The translations under genes and the position numbers were made by a program. From positions 1-19,629 of the forward strand of contig CAWIMJ010000026.1 in assembly GCA_963837175.1 (NCBI GenBank): 19,629 nt of DNA, written 5' to 3'. Under the pieces are notes generated by a model that ran no database searches, was not told where the DNA came from, and saw only the letters and a program-made list of their open reading frames with translations. Within the stretch, counting starts at the first letter, position 1; each line of letters starts with the position of its first letter. Shown piece by piece: positions 1-10,882 of the stretch. The DNA is from an uncultured Nitrososphaeraceae archaeon. Lineage in GTDB: Archaea > Thermoproteota > Nitrososphaeria > Nitrososphaerales > Nitrososphaeraceae.

Positions 1-171
1 TATAATATATCTCCTCTAAGATATTTAAATGAAAAATGCAATGTTCAATCGAACACATCCTACAATAATCTGGGTGGCATATTTGAGCCAAATTTGTCCT
101 GCATCCAATGAAACCGCACATGATATTAGTTCTCTAAAGGGACTCGTGAGAATAAAAAGTGAAACCCAAAG

Positions 172-360
172 TTGACAGACTACCAGGCTCAAAAAGTAGA
201 GGAAACTGGAAAGGCTATAGATTTTTACAAAAGAGCGTTTGGTGCTAAAGAAATCTATGGTAATTATACTCCTGATGGAAAGAGCATAATCCATGCAGGG
301 ATTAAGACCGGTGATTCAGTTCTAATGATATCCGATGAATTGCCACATATCTACTGTTAA
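172..360 (+). pseudogene. Truncated VOC/glyoxalase (PhnB-like) family gene fragment
   Basis: KAIDFYKRAFGAKE...DGKSIIHAGIKTGDSVLMISDE matches the N-terminal half of PhnB-like VOC proteins. It stops after about 60 aa, roughly half the usual length. Confidence 0.75.
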
Positions 361-419
361 TTATTGATAGATTTGCCTTTTAATGGAAAGTACCTGTTGT
401 GTGTGACAGACAGGTAGGA

Positions 420-833
420 CTAGACGTTTTTCTTGTTCAATTTCATTTGCCTTCTATTTTTTGCTATTATGATACTACATAGAATTATGAAAGCAATTTG
501 AAAGAGTTCTATTGCTATATCTAATTGACTTACTGGGTACCCACTTCCTGGTACTGCAATGAGGTACATTATTACCAGGATAACTGTTCCACCTATGCCT
601 ACATAATACCAAGTTTTGATCCACCTCTTAATGACAGGTATAACCCAGAATATTTGAGTTAGACCTGAGACGATAAAGAATATTGTAATGTCTATAGACA
701 TTTGTGTAAAAAACATTGGAACAATTGCAAGATGTAATACACCAGCTATAAACGTGGATGAAGCAGCTGCATAAAATAATGCTTTATTATTAGTCAAGAT
801 TTGATCCTGGACTATTATTCCTTCCCTGAACAA
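420..833 (-). CDS. Hypothetical 4-TM membrane protein
   Basis: 137-aa ORF with four hydrophobic segments (AGVLHLAIVP, FFIVSGLTQIFW, WYYVGIGGTVILV, IELFQIAFII). TTG start is uncertain. Confidence 0.7.
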   Translation of the reverse strand: MFREGIIVQDQILTNNKALFYAAASSTFIAGVLHLAIVPMFFTQMSIDITIFFIVSGLTQIFWVIPVIKRWIKTWYYVGIGGTVILVIMYLIAVPGSGYPVSQLDIAIELFQIAFIILCSIIIAKNRRQMKLNKKNV

Positions 834-937
834 TTAGGAGTATATCGTTGCACTGTAAATCAATAATGATGTTTTTTTTACTTTTTCTTTTTTTATTTGT
901 TCTGGACATATTCCTTCATCCATTAGATATACAAAGT

Positions 938-1339
938 CTAGACCTTGAGGCGGTTGAACTCCCCCATGATGAAGCCGGTTCCTGGACTGACGAGAGCCAT
1001 GGACCGTTGCCATAGTGTACCCATTCTTTCATCATTTCGCATTTTTGCACCGACCTCATCTTTGTGCTCACGAATCTCTATAGAATATTAGCTCCATCCA
1101 AACTTCTTCATTTTGAGTAGCTGAGATAATTTTGGCTATGTTAGTGATACCCTCCATTGGTGCCTCGGTGTTGTTTAGTTGGAAAACTAAATGTGTAACT
1201 CTATAATTCCTTATTATGTCGCCAAATTCTTTACTGAGCTCACTATCGCGTCATGGTTCTTTTTTGGTACTCTGTAAACAAAGTGATCGACCTCACTGCC
1301 AATCCCTTGTTCTATTTCTGCTATGGTTGGTTTACTCAT
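938..1339 (-). pseudogene. DUF1428-family protein with two compensating frameshifts
   Basis: Manual translation from ATG 1339: MSKPTIAEIEQGIGSEVDHFVYRVPKKNHDAI /shift near 1242/ ELSKEFGDIIRNYRVTHLVFQLNNTEAPMEGITNIAKIISATQNEEVWMELIFYRD /shift near 1074/ REHKDEVGAKMRNDERMGTLWQRSMALVSPGTGFIMGEFNRLKV* (TAG 938-940). The span is exactly 134 codons. Not in the ORF track. Confidence 0.75.
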
Positions 1340-1442
1340 GGCTAATACTATAAAGAGTGTAGTTTAAAAATATCTAAGGAAATAAAAGTATAGTAATTGC
1401 AATCGCAATATATCAAAGGTCAAGAAGAGGAAGAATAACTAG

Positions 1443-1613
1443 CAACTACGAAGGCATGATCCTACTTCAAGATTCATCAAGTATCCAATTAAGACTAGCC
1501 TAGGAGTGCTGGGCAAGAAGTGTGCCATACTGATAACCAGAGATATCGGCTTTCTCAAGATTAAGCGTTTCAATCGGCTCATAGAATCTATTCAAGCCTT
1601 AATCCACTCTTAG
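1443..1613 (+). pseudogene. Truncated HxlR-family winged-helix regulator, divergent from the DUF1428 gene
   Basis: FIKYPIKTSLGVLGKKCAILITRDIGFLKIKRFNRLIESIQAL* resembles the HxlR N-terminus (CP...LG.KW..LI.R......RF..L...I.GL). It is cut off before the recognition helix and has no clear start. Confidence 0.7.
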
Positions 1614-2248
1614 ACTAATCATTTTACATCACGCAAGTGTCCATTTGAATCTTTACTCTTTATTTAGGCCTTATCTTGTATATCTAGAACCATAGTTATT
1701 CATTACTGAAGAAAAAGACGAATCTATCCAAATTATTGTCAGTACCTTTCCTTTTTTATTAATAGCTTATACTTGTAATAATAAACAATATTGCTGATTT
1801 GTTAAAGTGAGTTTTGATTTCTAAAAAAGATTGCTTAGAATAATAGTAATACTTGCCAAACGAAATAAAGATGGATATGTTCAAGATAACAAAATTCAAC
1901 ATCTGCATCATCGGAATGCTGGTAGGAATAGGACTTATTTGTCTCCTTCCTTTTATGGGTTTAACATGCAGATGGGGCTGTACTCCTGGCAGTTAGGAAG
2001 ATGAGGTATTAAAGTATTCATCTTCCTATTTTATGCCTCTCTTGGGTACATTTGTTTAAAACGTGTATCGCTGCAGATGAAAATTCAATTGAATAGCATA
2101 TTTTATTTTGTTTGTAATTTTGAAAGAATCAAAAGATAGAAAATAAAATGTTATTAAAATTAATCATGTATAAATGATGTTGTCCTAAGGATGTTCTAGT
2201 TCGAATAATAATAATAATACACTATCTCTATTCTTGTCATATTAAAGA

Positions 2249-2335
2249 CTAATCATATTTCTCTTCATCTTCTAGTTCTTGTTCTTCTCTTGATGTCTCT
2301 TTATCTTCTTTTTCCTCTTCTTGTTGGTTACTCAT
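2249..2335 (-). CDS. Possible 28-aa acidic micro-protein
   Basis: MSNQQEEEKEDKETSREEQELEDEEKYD*, with TTATATA (minus strand, ~2363-2369) about 28 nt upstream of the ATG. Confidence 0.35.
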   Translation of the reverse strand: MSNQQEEEKEDKETSREEQELEDEEKYD

Positions 2336-2680
2336 AAGTAGAAGGCCTAATAGGAGCATTGGTATATAACTATTATTATTTTGGATTATGTCAAGTCTTC
2401 GGTGGTTGATTTAATGTAAAATCATAATTATAAAAATTCGGTTGGTAGATGAGATTATTTCGGTGGTATATCTTTAATTGATGATTTGAGTTCGACTCAA
2501 GTTATAACTCCTCATTGGTTACTACCAACTATCAATAGTCATCCTTTATGGTTTTGCAAATGGAGCAGGTCAAGTGGGATTTGAGCTTTTAGTGGTATAT
2601 GAGGGTTCAACACTTTTTTCTTCTTATATTCCATTCTTGATATTGCAGTTAAAACATAATTCGTGACGTTCAATTAAATA

Positions 2681-2945
2681 GTGAAATAATAGTAATATTT
2701 TTGTCAGGAATTATCATTATTGACTCCTATACAATACATAAATGCAGCTAATGCACAGGAGCAGAAAAAGCTTGTTCCAATATTTTGGCACCTATAAGTG
2801 CATATGGAGACAATGTATATATGACATGGTGGTACAACAAGACTCGTACTAGAAAGGTGTTTTTCAGAGGTAGTACAGATGGTGGAAAAACTTTTGGTAA
2901 ACCATTATAGTAAATAGTACTAGTGATGGAGCGCTCTTAGTATAG
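2681..2945 (+). pseudogene. Fragment of a secreted BNR/Asp-box (sialidase-like) protein
   Basis: Frameshifted signal-like segment (IIVIFLSGIIII), then APISAYGDNVYMTWWYNKTRTRKVFFRGSTDGGKTFGKP containing the Asp-box S-x-D-x-G-x-T-F. Confidence 0.65.
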
Positions 2946-3396
2946 AAACGAAAGGATGTAAAATAAATTGACAGCATAATTATACCCAAGAAATAAGAAT
3001 TTTTTCTATGTGAAGTATATATAATATATAACTAACAAACACCGCCAGCCATGGGCCAATACGACAGTATGTCTTGGCAGATCTTTATTCATGGCTTGAA
3101 GCTCATTCTGGGTTTACATCTTTCACTCCTTCCTTCTCCTCATCCCACTCTTCCTCTACTACAGCTCCAGGTTAGCACTAGTTCGATGGAATGTAAGACA
3201 GATTTGACGTCAGGGTTTGGCCCACATTATGCAAATATAGAGACTTCAGAACAAAAGAATACATCTCGTGGAGAAAGAGATGACAAATTTCATTATATTT
3301 ATCTACTATCTCTAATTATGCGGCAGTCGCAACATTAGGCTTTACATGTAAATGTCTAACTATATATTCCAGTATAATAATTGAATACAAGAGAAC

Positions 3397-3740
3397 ATGC
3401 AACAAAAACAAAGACCTCTTGGTGTTACAATAATAGCAATATTGATGATAATTAGCGGAATAGCATTGCTTAGGTACCTGGAGCAATTCTTTTAGTGGTT
3501 GGAATCGGTGTCGTACCTATTGTGTTAGGTATAGCATCTTTTGTTATGGCTTATGGTTTATGGAAAGGAAAAGGATGGGCATGGACTATAACTTTGATAA
3601 TATCAGTGATAAGCATTATAAGCGCTATAGTTTCAATAGCATTTCATGGTTATGGAGCAATAATTAATATAATTATAAATGCCGTAATTATCTATTACTT
3701 ATACAGACCAAATGTCAAAGCATATTTTGGTAAAGTATAA
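3397..3740 (+). pseudogene. Conserved archaeal small multi-TM membrane protein with one frameshift
   Basis: ATG 3397 gives MQQKQRPLGVTIIAILMIISGIALL. After a shift near 3470-3480 it continues GAILLVVGIG...YGLWKGKGWAW...YYLYRPNVKAYFGKV*. The ORF track shows only the 3495-3740 part. Could be a sequencing error. Confidence 0.7.
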
Positions 3741-4063
3741 TCACCGGCAGTAAAATAGGACGCTCTCATGATTGTATAGGTATGTAGTGCAAACTTGATG
3801 CTATAGTAGTTGATGATGCTATAAGGTTTGTATACCCTAACAGGAAGGAAGAAAGAAGCAAACGGAAAACAGTTCCACTATGCTTTTGGTACAAAACCTT
3901 CATTTTCAATGCTGATCTAGCGATAATAATGCTTTCAACAATTTGTAAAGAATTGACATTATAAAGAAATTGCAATTACTCATAAATGCTACAGTAGCAC
4001 AAAATAATAATAATTGTTTTCTTAATACTATAATACTATATAATTATCATCAAATAATACGAA

Positions 4064-4520
<457 letters not shown>

Positions 4521-5003
4521 ATAAGCAACTCAATAAAAAGCCTTTACAAATTGTTTTAGAATTAATGTATATAATATTTCTTGTATTTGCCGCAATTCTG
4601 TAAAAATAAAAATATTTTTACAGTAATATAACTAACTGCTGGATTATACTGTGGTAAGGAATTATCCATGAAAAGGAGAGGTTACATCATGTAAGGATAG
4701 AACATGAAAAAAGAGATTAGATATCGATATACAAAGACGAATATAAGCACAAGACACTAAAAGGTCTTCAAGGAGTAAATGAGCACATGAGAAACCTTGG
4801 TAATAAATTTAATAATTTATTATTATATTTTCCATTATATTAAAGACTTTTAAAGAAATACTAACTTTAAGTAGAGTATATTTAAATAGATATCAGGAGT
4901 AATAGTAGAGTCAAATCTGCTTATATATTCTAAATTCGACATTAAAATTACAAGCTGATAATGATAATCTTTTAATCTCTATTAAGAAAATAAATGCTAT
5001 TAT

Positions 5004-5375
5004 ATGGATGCTTATTATCGTGTTACTATAATTATTTTAGTTTCTATTGTTGCAATAGGTTTGGTTGCAATTCCCTTTGGAAATCCCAAATTCATTGATA
5101 GGGCAATTATTTTGGAATTATCATTTATTACACTGTCTGTTTTAGTATGGAAAGGATATAGTAAAGCACTATATCCTTGTATTCCATTAGCTCTTTTAGT
5201 CATTGTTGGAAATAGTCTTGCATCACCACATGTTAATCTTATGATGACATTTTCCAAACCAGTAAATGCAATTGTGCTGATTGTAGGTGGATATGTATTG
5301 CAAATAGCTTTAATATACACTAGTTTAAGATCCATATTGAATATAAGTTCAAAGAGACTAACTGCAACACCATGA
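5004..5375 (+). CDS. Hypothetical 4-TM membrane protein
   Basis: Intact 123-aa ORF with ATG start, four hydrophobic helices and a GNSLASPH loop. Lies 50 nt upstream of the Rieske gene on the same strand. Confidence 0.8.
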   Translation: MDAYYRVTIIILVSIVAIGLVAIPFGNPKFIDRAIILELSFITLSVLVWKGYSKALYPCIPLALLVIVGNSLASPHVNLMMTFSKPVNAIVLIVGGYVLQIALIYTSLRSILNISSKRLTATP

Positions 5376-5425
5376 TCTTATCTATATCCTATTGTCTTTA
5401 TAAATAATAGGAAGAATGAAACCAC

Positions 5426-7293
5426 ATGACCAATTCAAAAATAGGTGATACTTCTCATTATGTATTTGCTGCCAATATATCAGATATACAAGCTGCTGGT
5501 GGATGTCTTTCTGTACAGATTCAAAAGTATACGATTGCTCTTTTCTATTATGATTTTAAAGTACATGCAGTCGATAATAGATGTCCTCATATGGGTTTTC
5601 CTTTAAGCCGTGGCACTGTTAAAGATAGTATTCTTACTTGCCACTGGCATCATGCACGTTTTGACCTTACAAGCGGAGGAACATTTGATCAATGGGCTGG
5701 TGATGTACGTTCTTTTCCCCTAGAGATTCGCAATGGAAATGAGGTATGGATAGACGTTTCTTCATCTTCATTGGATCCTCTTTCTTACCATCAAAAGCTA
5801 TTACAAAATGGACTTAAACAGAATATCTCCTTAATGATTGCTAAGGTGATTATTGCAATGTTAGGGGAAAAAAGGAAAGATAATGATGTAGATAAAGAAG
5901 ATAATGACAATAAAAGATATTCAGGTATAGCAAAAGCATTTCTTACTGGGCTTGATTTTGGTACTCACTATAAACAATCAGGATGGGGACAAGGATTAAC
6001 AATACTCAGCTGTATGATGAATATTCTATACTACCTTGATATCAAAGATAGACCCCATGCATTATACCATGGTCTTGCTGCTGTTGCACAGGATTGTGCT
6101 TCCATGCCCCCCAGATTTGAATTATCTCCTTTACCGTCGTCTTGGCTTGACTTGCCCACACTTAAACGCTGGTTTAGACAATTTATCGAATCCCGTGATG
6201 CTCAAGCAGCTGAGAGATGTATTGTTACTGCCGTATGGCTTGGTGCTGATAGCTGCCAGATGGCTGATATGCTTTTTGGAGCAGCCACAGATCATCGTTA
6301 TCTAGATATTGGACATGTTCTTGATTTTACTAGTAAGGCATTAGAAGCACTTGATATAGCTGGATGGGATAATAAAGAATTAGTAGAATCTGTATTAAGT
6401 AGCCTTGTGTATGGGTATGCCAATGCTGAAAGAATGGAAGAATCTAGTTCATGGCGACATCCAGTAGACTTGATAGCAATTCTTGAATGCGCCTTCAGAG
6501 ATCTCCCATCAGTATTAGAGAATGGCAGAAGCAAACAAACGAGAGAAAAAAAATGGAATGGCAAAGATCAATTAATAAAGGTGTTATTATCTGATGATCC
6601 ACAATCAATATCTAATGAATTATTAAATGCCTTGAAAGAAGGAGCTAGTGAAGTGGTATTGGCAAGTACTGTAGCATATGCTGCAGCCTTACGTATAGCA
6701 CAATTTAATACACGTAATGAATTCAGTGATTGGGATACTGCACTACACACGTTTACTTACACTAATGCTGTACATCAGGGATTAAGACGGGTTGCTACAC
6801 AAGAGCTAATAAGAGGCGTATTTGATGGTGCAATGAGAGTCTATCTTAATCGTTTTTTGAATGTACCTGCTGTACACGTCTGCCAACGCCGACAACAATA
6901 GAAAACAATAACAGTGGCAGTACATTTAAAGATCCTGAAAATTTGCTAAAAGAGTTTCCATTACTTTTGGATAAGCAACAGCAGGTAAATCAAGCAGGAC
7001 AATTAGTAATAGATTATCTGTATAATTATGGAAATCCAGATCGACTTTTGGTTGTCATGGGAAATGTTTTACTACGTGAAGACCGCAACTTTCATTCTGT
7101 TCAGATGATTGAAGCAGGTTTTCGACAATATTCTCTTCTATCTGTTCAAGATGCAGATGAACAGACGAACATTTTGATAGCAATAGCTAGATACCTAGCA
7201 TCTCATACGCCAACTATGCGTGTACAAGAACGAACATATCAGATAGCAAATCAACTTTATCAAGGAGAACGACTGTTTGAAGATCAACAATAG
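5426..7293 (+). pseudogene. Large Rieske [2Fe-2S] domain protein (~621 aa) split by one 2-nt frameshift
   Basis: Rieske ligands CPH...CHWH (NRCPHMGFPL...LTCHWHHARFDL) followed by a long helical domain. ORFs 5426-6901 and 6943-7293 join as ...NVPAVRLPTPTTIE... if one AC of ACAC (6874-6877) is removed. Confidence 0.85.
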
Positions 7294-7311
7294 GTTAGAT
7301 TTAAAATAAAA

Positions 7312-8407
7312 TCATAAAAATTATGTCTTTCAAATTTCGTTCCCACTCTACCTCCCAATCCCATCTTAAATAGTGGAAGTATTTTTGCAAGTATACCTCC
7401 TGCAGCGCCCAAGACTATTCCTATTCTAATATTGATTACTCAAATTCCTGTTTGTTTTGCTGCTTCTGTGGCGTTTTCCCATTGATAGCAAACTTCAGAC
7501 AGAAAATCAAAAGAGTCAGCTGGAGGACTGTTGTCTTCAGATAGAATCTCGTCTCCTATATTATTGCTGCCATAATATCCTGTCGCAGAAGCTGATACCA
7601 GCACTATAGGTGGTTTATTAAGAGATGCTAGAGACTTGCATAGAAATTTAGTGCTTTGTACTCTGCTTAATAGAATTTTTTTCTTTTTCTCTTTAGTCCA
7701 CCTTCCATAGATATTTTCTCCTGCAAGATTTACTACTCCATCTACTCCTTCTATTGATGGTAAATAAAGAGAACCTGATATAGAGTCCCAGAGAACAGTG
7801 TGGAGAGGGAGATCTGAGCAAACGTACTATTTTATTTCCTCCTGCAGTAAGAAAGGATGCCAAAGCTGAACCAATAAATCCCGTAGAACCTGTAAGAAGA
7901 TGATCATAGGAATTATATTATTATTATCCGTCTTCCACCTTACAGAATTATTATGAATAGAAATATCCTGATTAGTTATTGTATCTCTATACTCAAATAT
8001 CTCCTTTAATTTTTTCTTGACCATGGTTTGAGAAAATACTTTACCAAGAATTCCCAGAGGTAAAGAATATTCTATTCTATCTTCTAAGATAGAAGAGGCA
8101 GCATCTTTAGATTCAAACAAATGAGTATGGCTCCATGAAGAAAAGGTCCTGAGATTTAAATATCACGAAATTGTTTACCTTCTATGTAGTCGATATGTTT
8201 TAAAACCCACGTAATACTGATAATATGTTTAATTAAGGGCATTTGAATAGTAACGTAACCACCGGTATCAATCTGTCCTTTTCTCTCTTTAACAATGAAA
8301 GGTTGCCATGGTGGATTAAGTCGTTCAAAAGCACCGTCTCTACAATGCCAACCAAAGACTTGAGTTGAGGGAGCCGCAATACTACTGCAATAAACAAATA
8401 GTTCCAA
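7312..8407 (-). pseudogene. SRPBCC domain fused to TIGR01777-family NAD-dependent epimerase/oxidoreductase, degraded and truncated
   Basis: N-terminal VFGWH...AFERLNPPW...FRDI*ISGPF/SWSHTHLF...LEDRIEYSLPLG (SRPBCC-like), then the Rossmann motif TGSTGFIG, VVNLAGENIYGRWTKEKK, SASATGYYG, FLSEVCYQWE, RIGIVLG and GLGGRVG. In-frame stops at 8156-8158 and ~7440, several frameshifts, C-terminus missing. Confidence 0.85.
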
Positions 8408-8474
8408 TATGCTGTATTCCTAAATAAGGGAATAAAATAGTAAGGGTTAATTACAGTATAGATAAATATTTATT

Positions 8475-8675
8475 TTATCTTAGTTCCATAGCTACTTCTG
8501 GCTTCAATCTCTTTTTCTCTATCTCTTGTCTTACTAAGAGAGCTGTGACCATTGCCGATCCTCCGAGAATAACACTTGCTATTCCCATTATAGCTGTTCC
8601 ATTAAAAGCGCCTGCGATAGTTATGCCCGCTGTACCCATTACCAAAATCCATGGTATTTTATTTTTGATATTCAT
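8475..8675 (-). CDS. Small 2-TM membrane protein (66 aa)
   Basis: ATG start, Gly-rich helical hairpin and charged tail. TTTATATA box on the minus strand about 25-30 nt upstream. Confidence 0.6.
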   Translation of the reverse strand: MNIKNKIPWILVMGTAGITIAGAFNGTAIMGIASVILGGSAMVTALLVRQEIEKKRLKPEVAMELR

Positions 8676-8994
8676 ACTGGATATTAAATACTCATAATAT
8701 ATAAAAATAGTGGTAATAAATGTATCTAGTGCTAACTTGACTAAAAGATCAAGACTTCAACTTAGCAAATCATGTAGGACCGATTAATAAAGATAATTAG
8801 CATATCTCCGAACACTGACAATTTAGTTTAGATGGTTTAGTTTATACATCATACTCATCTCGTGTCTCATAGGATGATATTTATTCGGCCAATTTACCTA
8901 TGTAATATCTAGTAACGATTTTATCGCATATCATTTTATATACTCACGAATTTAGAGTAACTAACGTTATGCAACAAAGAAAGACTTTACTTAA

Positions 8995-9889
8995 GAGCCT
9001 ATCCCAAAAATAGATAGGAATATAGCTTGTGGGTTTCTTATCATATTTGAGAATGTTTAAGAATAAAAAGTATGTTAGAACAATTATACATATTCCAGAT
9101 GATCTTTGGAATGAAATTAAAAATATTTTACCAGATAAGAAACCAGAGAATACAATAGGCAGACCAATTGTTCCTTATAGAAAAGTATTTGATGGTATCA
9201 TGTTTATCCTGAGAACTGGATCTCAGTGGAAAATGTTACCTAAAGAGTATGGTTCCGGTTCAACATGCCATAGAAGATTTCAGGAATGGAGGCAATCTGG
9301 TATTTTTGATAGACTATGGACCAGATTGTTAAAAATATACAATCATAAAAGAGGAATAAAATGGAACTGGCAGTCACTTGATAGTATATCAGTAAAATCA
9401 CCTTTAGGGGGGCGATGACTGGACATAATCCTACAGATAGAAGCAAATTAGGAACCAAAAGACATATTCTTACAGATAAAAAAGGTATTCCACTATCTGT
9501 TATTATAACATCTGCAAATACTCATGATGTCACTGTTGCAATTGAAACAGTTGACAGCATGGTTATCAAAAGACCATCATCATCAAAACCAAAGCATAAA
9601 CAGAAAACAGAACCTGTGCGTTGATAAAGCATATCATTCCAAAGAAATAGAACAAGAAATTGTGAAGAGAGGATATATTCCACACATATACGACACAGAA
9701 GAGAAGAGGAAAGAATATTTCATAGAAAACATCCAGCAAGAAGATGGGTTGTAGAAAGAACAAATTCATGGCACAATAGATTTAGGAAGTTATTTACAAG
9801 GTATGAAAAGAAGGACGAGAACTATCTGACTCTTGTAAAATTAGCCAACTGTATTATTATCTACAGGAGGATAATTTTGGGATAGGCTC
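8995..9889 (+). mobile_element. IS5-family insertion sequence, 895 bp
   Basis: Perfect 15-bp terminal inverted repeats GAGCCTATCCCAAAA (8995-9009) / TTTTGGGATAGGCTC (9875-9889), with a TAA direct repeat on both sides (8992-8994, 9890-9892). Internal transposase with IS5 motifs. Confidence 0.95.
9029..9885 (+). pseudogene. IS5-family DDE transposase: -1 junction at a G6 run plus two extra frameshifts
   Basis: OrfA has DDLWNEI...GRP...ILRTGSQWKMLPKEYGSGSTCHRRFQEW and SLDS. OrfB has NPTDRSKLGTKRHILTD, CVDKAY and RWVVERTNSW...RYEK. The -1 junction is at GGGGGG 9407-9412. Extra A at 9604-9607 and extra TA at 9689-9690. The TAG stop lies inside the right TIR. Confidence 0.9.
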
Positions 9890-10311
9890 TAAGTCTACCT
9901 CCTATAGATATATTTCTAATAATAACAATACTGAAATTGAAGGGAATAAATGTTGGTATTATAACTAGTAATAGTAATGACAAATCTGAACAAATATTAA
10001 CTCAAAAGGGAGAGAATGAAGCTCCATTTGTAAAATTAAAACCAAGCAAAAAGGTGAGCTGGTGGTTTTTAGAAGAATGAATACGTCATATGCGAAATTT
10101 TCAAATTTTTATAAGGACAGGTATTTTGAATGACTAAGTGAATCAGCGAATTGTAATTTTAAAGAAAATTACTTTGTATGAGCTCTGGCATAACTATGAA
10201 ATGAATCCTAGTACAGAATGAAGATGATTGGGATATTATTGTCCGTCCTAGGAGATCAGCAACAAGAGAAAACATAATAGCGTTGACAAAAGATGATAGA
10301 AAAAACTTCCG

Positions 10312-10590
10312 TTACCAGAATCTTAGCTTTGATTTTAAATATTTCAAAAGTATAATTAATGTCATCGCCCTTAGATTTCCCTCTATTTTATGACCTGTTA
10401 AAAACAAGCCAATTGCTATTGGAAATAAAATAATGCCAATTATAGGAGATAAGATATCTAGACTACCAAGATAATAACCTGCAAGTAGAGTGAATCCAAT
10501 AGCATAAAGAGATAATCCTATAAGATGCAGGACTCTACTGATAGCATTTCTATGGGTGCTTTTTATTGCCTTAAATAGATTGAGTTGCAT
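10312..10590 (-). CDS. DUF962/Mpo1-like small membrane protein
   Basis: Family-type His motifs HRNAISRVLHLIG and GHKIEGN flanking TM helices. Confidence 0.7.
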   Translation of the reverse strand: MQLNLFKAIKSTHRNAISRVLHLIGLSLYAIGFTLLAGYYLGSLDILSPIIGIILFPIAIGLFLTGHKIEGNLRAMTLIILLKYLKSKLRFW

Positions 10591-10741
10591 TATCGTTATA
10601 TAATATCTCTTCTAACTCTCAATATAATAAAGCTTGCCTAGTAATTAAGATAATCCAATTTCATTCGATGGTGCCTACTTCATAACATCATTTACTAGTT
10701 TTCGTATCTTTTTCCATACAAAAAGCCATTGACTAAGGAAA

Positions 10742-10882
10742 TTTCCGTACACTCCATAGTTTTCCATACAAAACTCCGTACAGTTTTCCGTACACTCCAT
10801 AGTTTTCCATACAAAACTCCGTACAGTTTTCCGTACACTCCATAGTTTTCCATACAAAACTCCGTACAGTTTTCCGTACACT
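10742..10882. repeat. Perfect 43-bp tandem repeat, about 3.3 copies
   Basis: Unit TTTCCGTACACTCCATAGTTTTCCATACAAAACTCCGTACAGT starts at 10742, 10785 and 10828, with a 12-bp partial at 10871. A further partial TTTCCATACAAAA lies at 10711-10723. Confidence 0.97.

Noticed and set aside
1871-2059. 41-aa hydrophobic ORF with possible TAG read-through
   Set aside because: Too short and no family signal. No evidence for recoding; more likely decay.
2561-2586. tRNA 3'-end-like remnant on the minus strand (GCTCAAATCCCACTTGACCTGCTCCA), possible att site
   Set aside because: The T-loop is imperfect, the 5' T-stem does not pair, spacing to CCA is 2 nt too long, and no partner repeat or integrase is seen. 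tRNAscan or BLAST against host tRNAs would settle it.
3051-3338. 95-aa ORF on the + strand
   Set aside because: No recognisable motif and low-complexity CT-rich sequence. Cannot be supported as a gene.
10675-10881. 68-aa ORF MYGKLYGVLYGK...
   Set aside because: It is a translation of the 43-bp repeat. The unit is not a multiple of 3, so the peptide just cycles through frames.
10742-10882. CRISPR array
   Set aside because: The units are contiguous and identical with no unique spacers, and there are no cas genes in the window.
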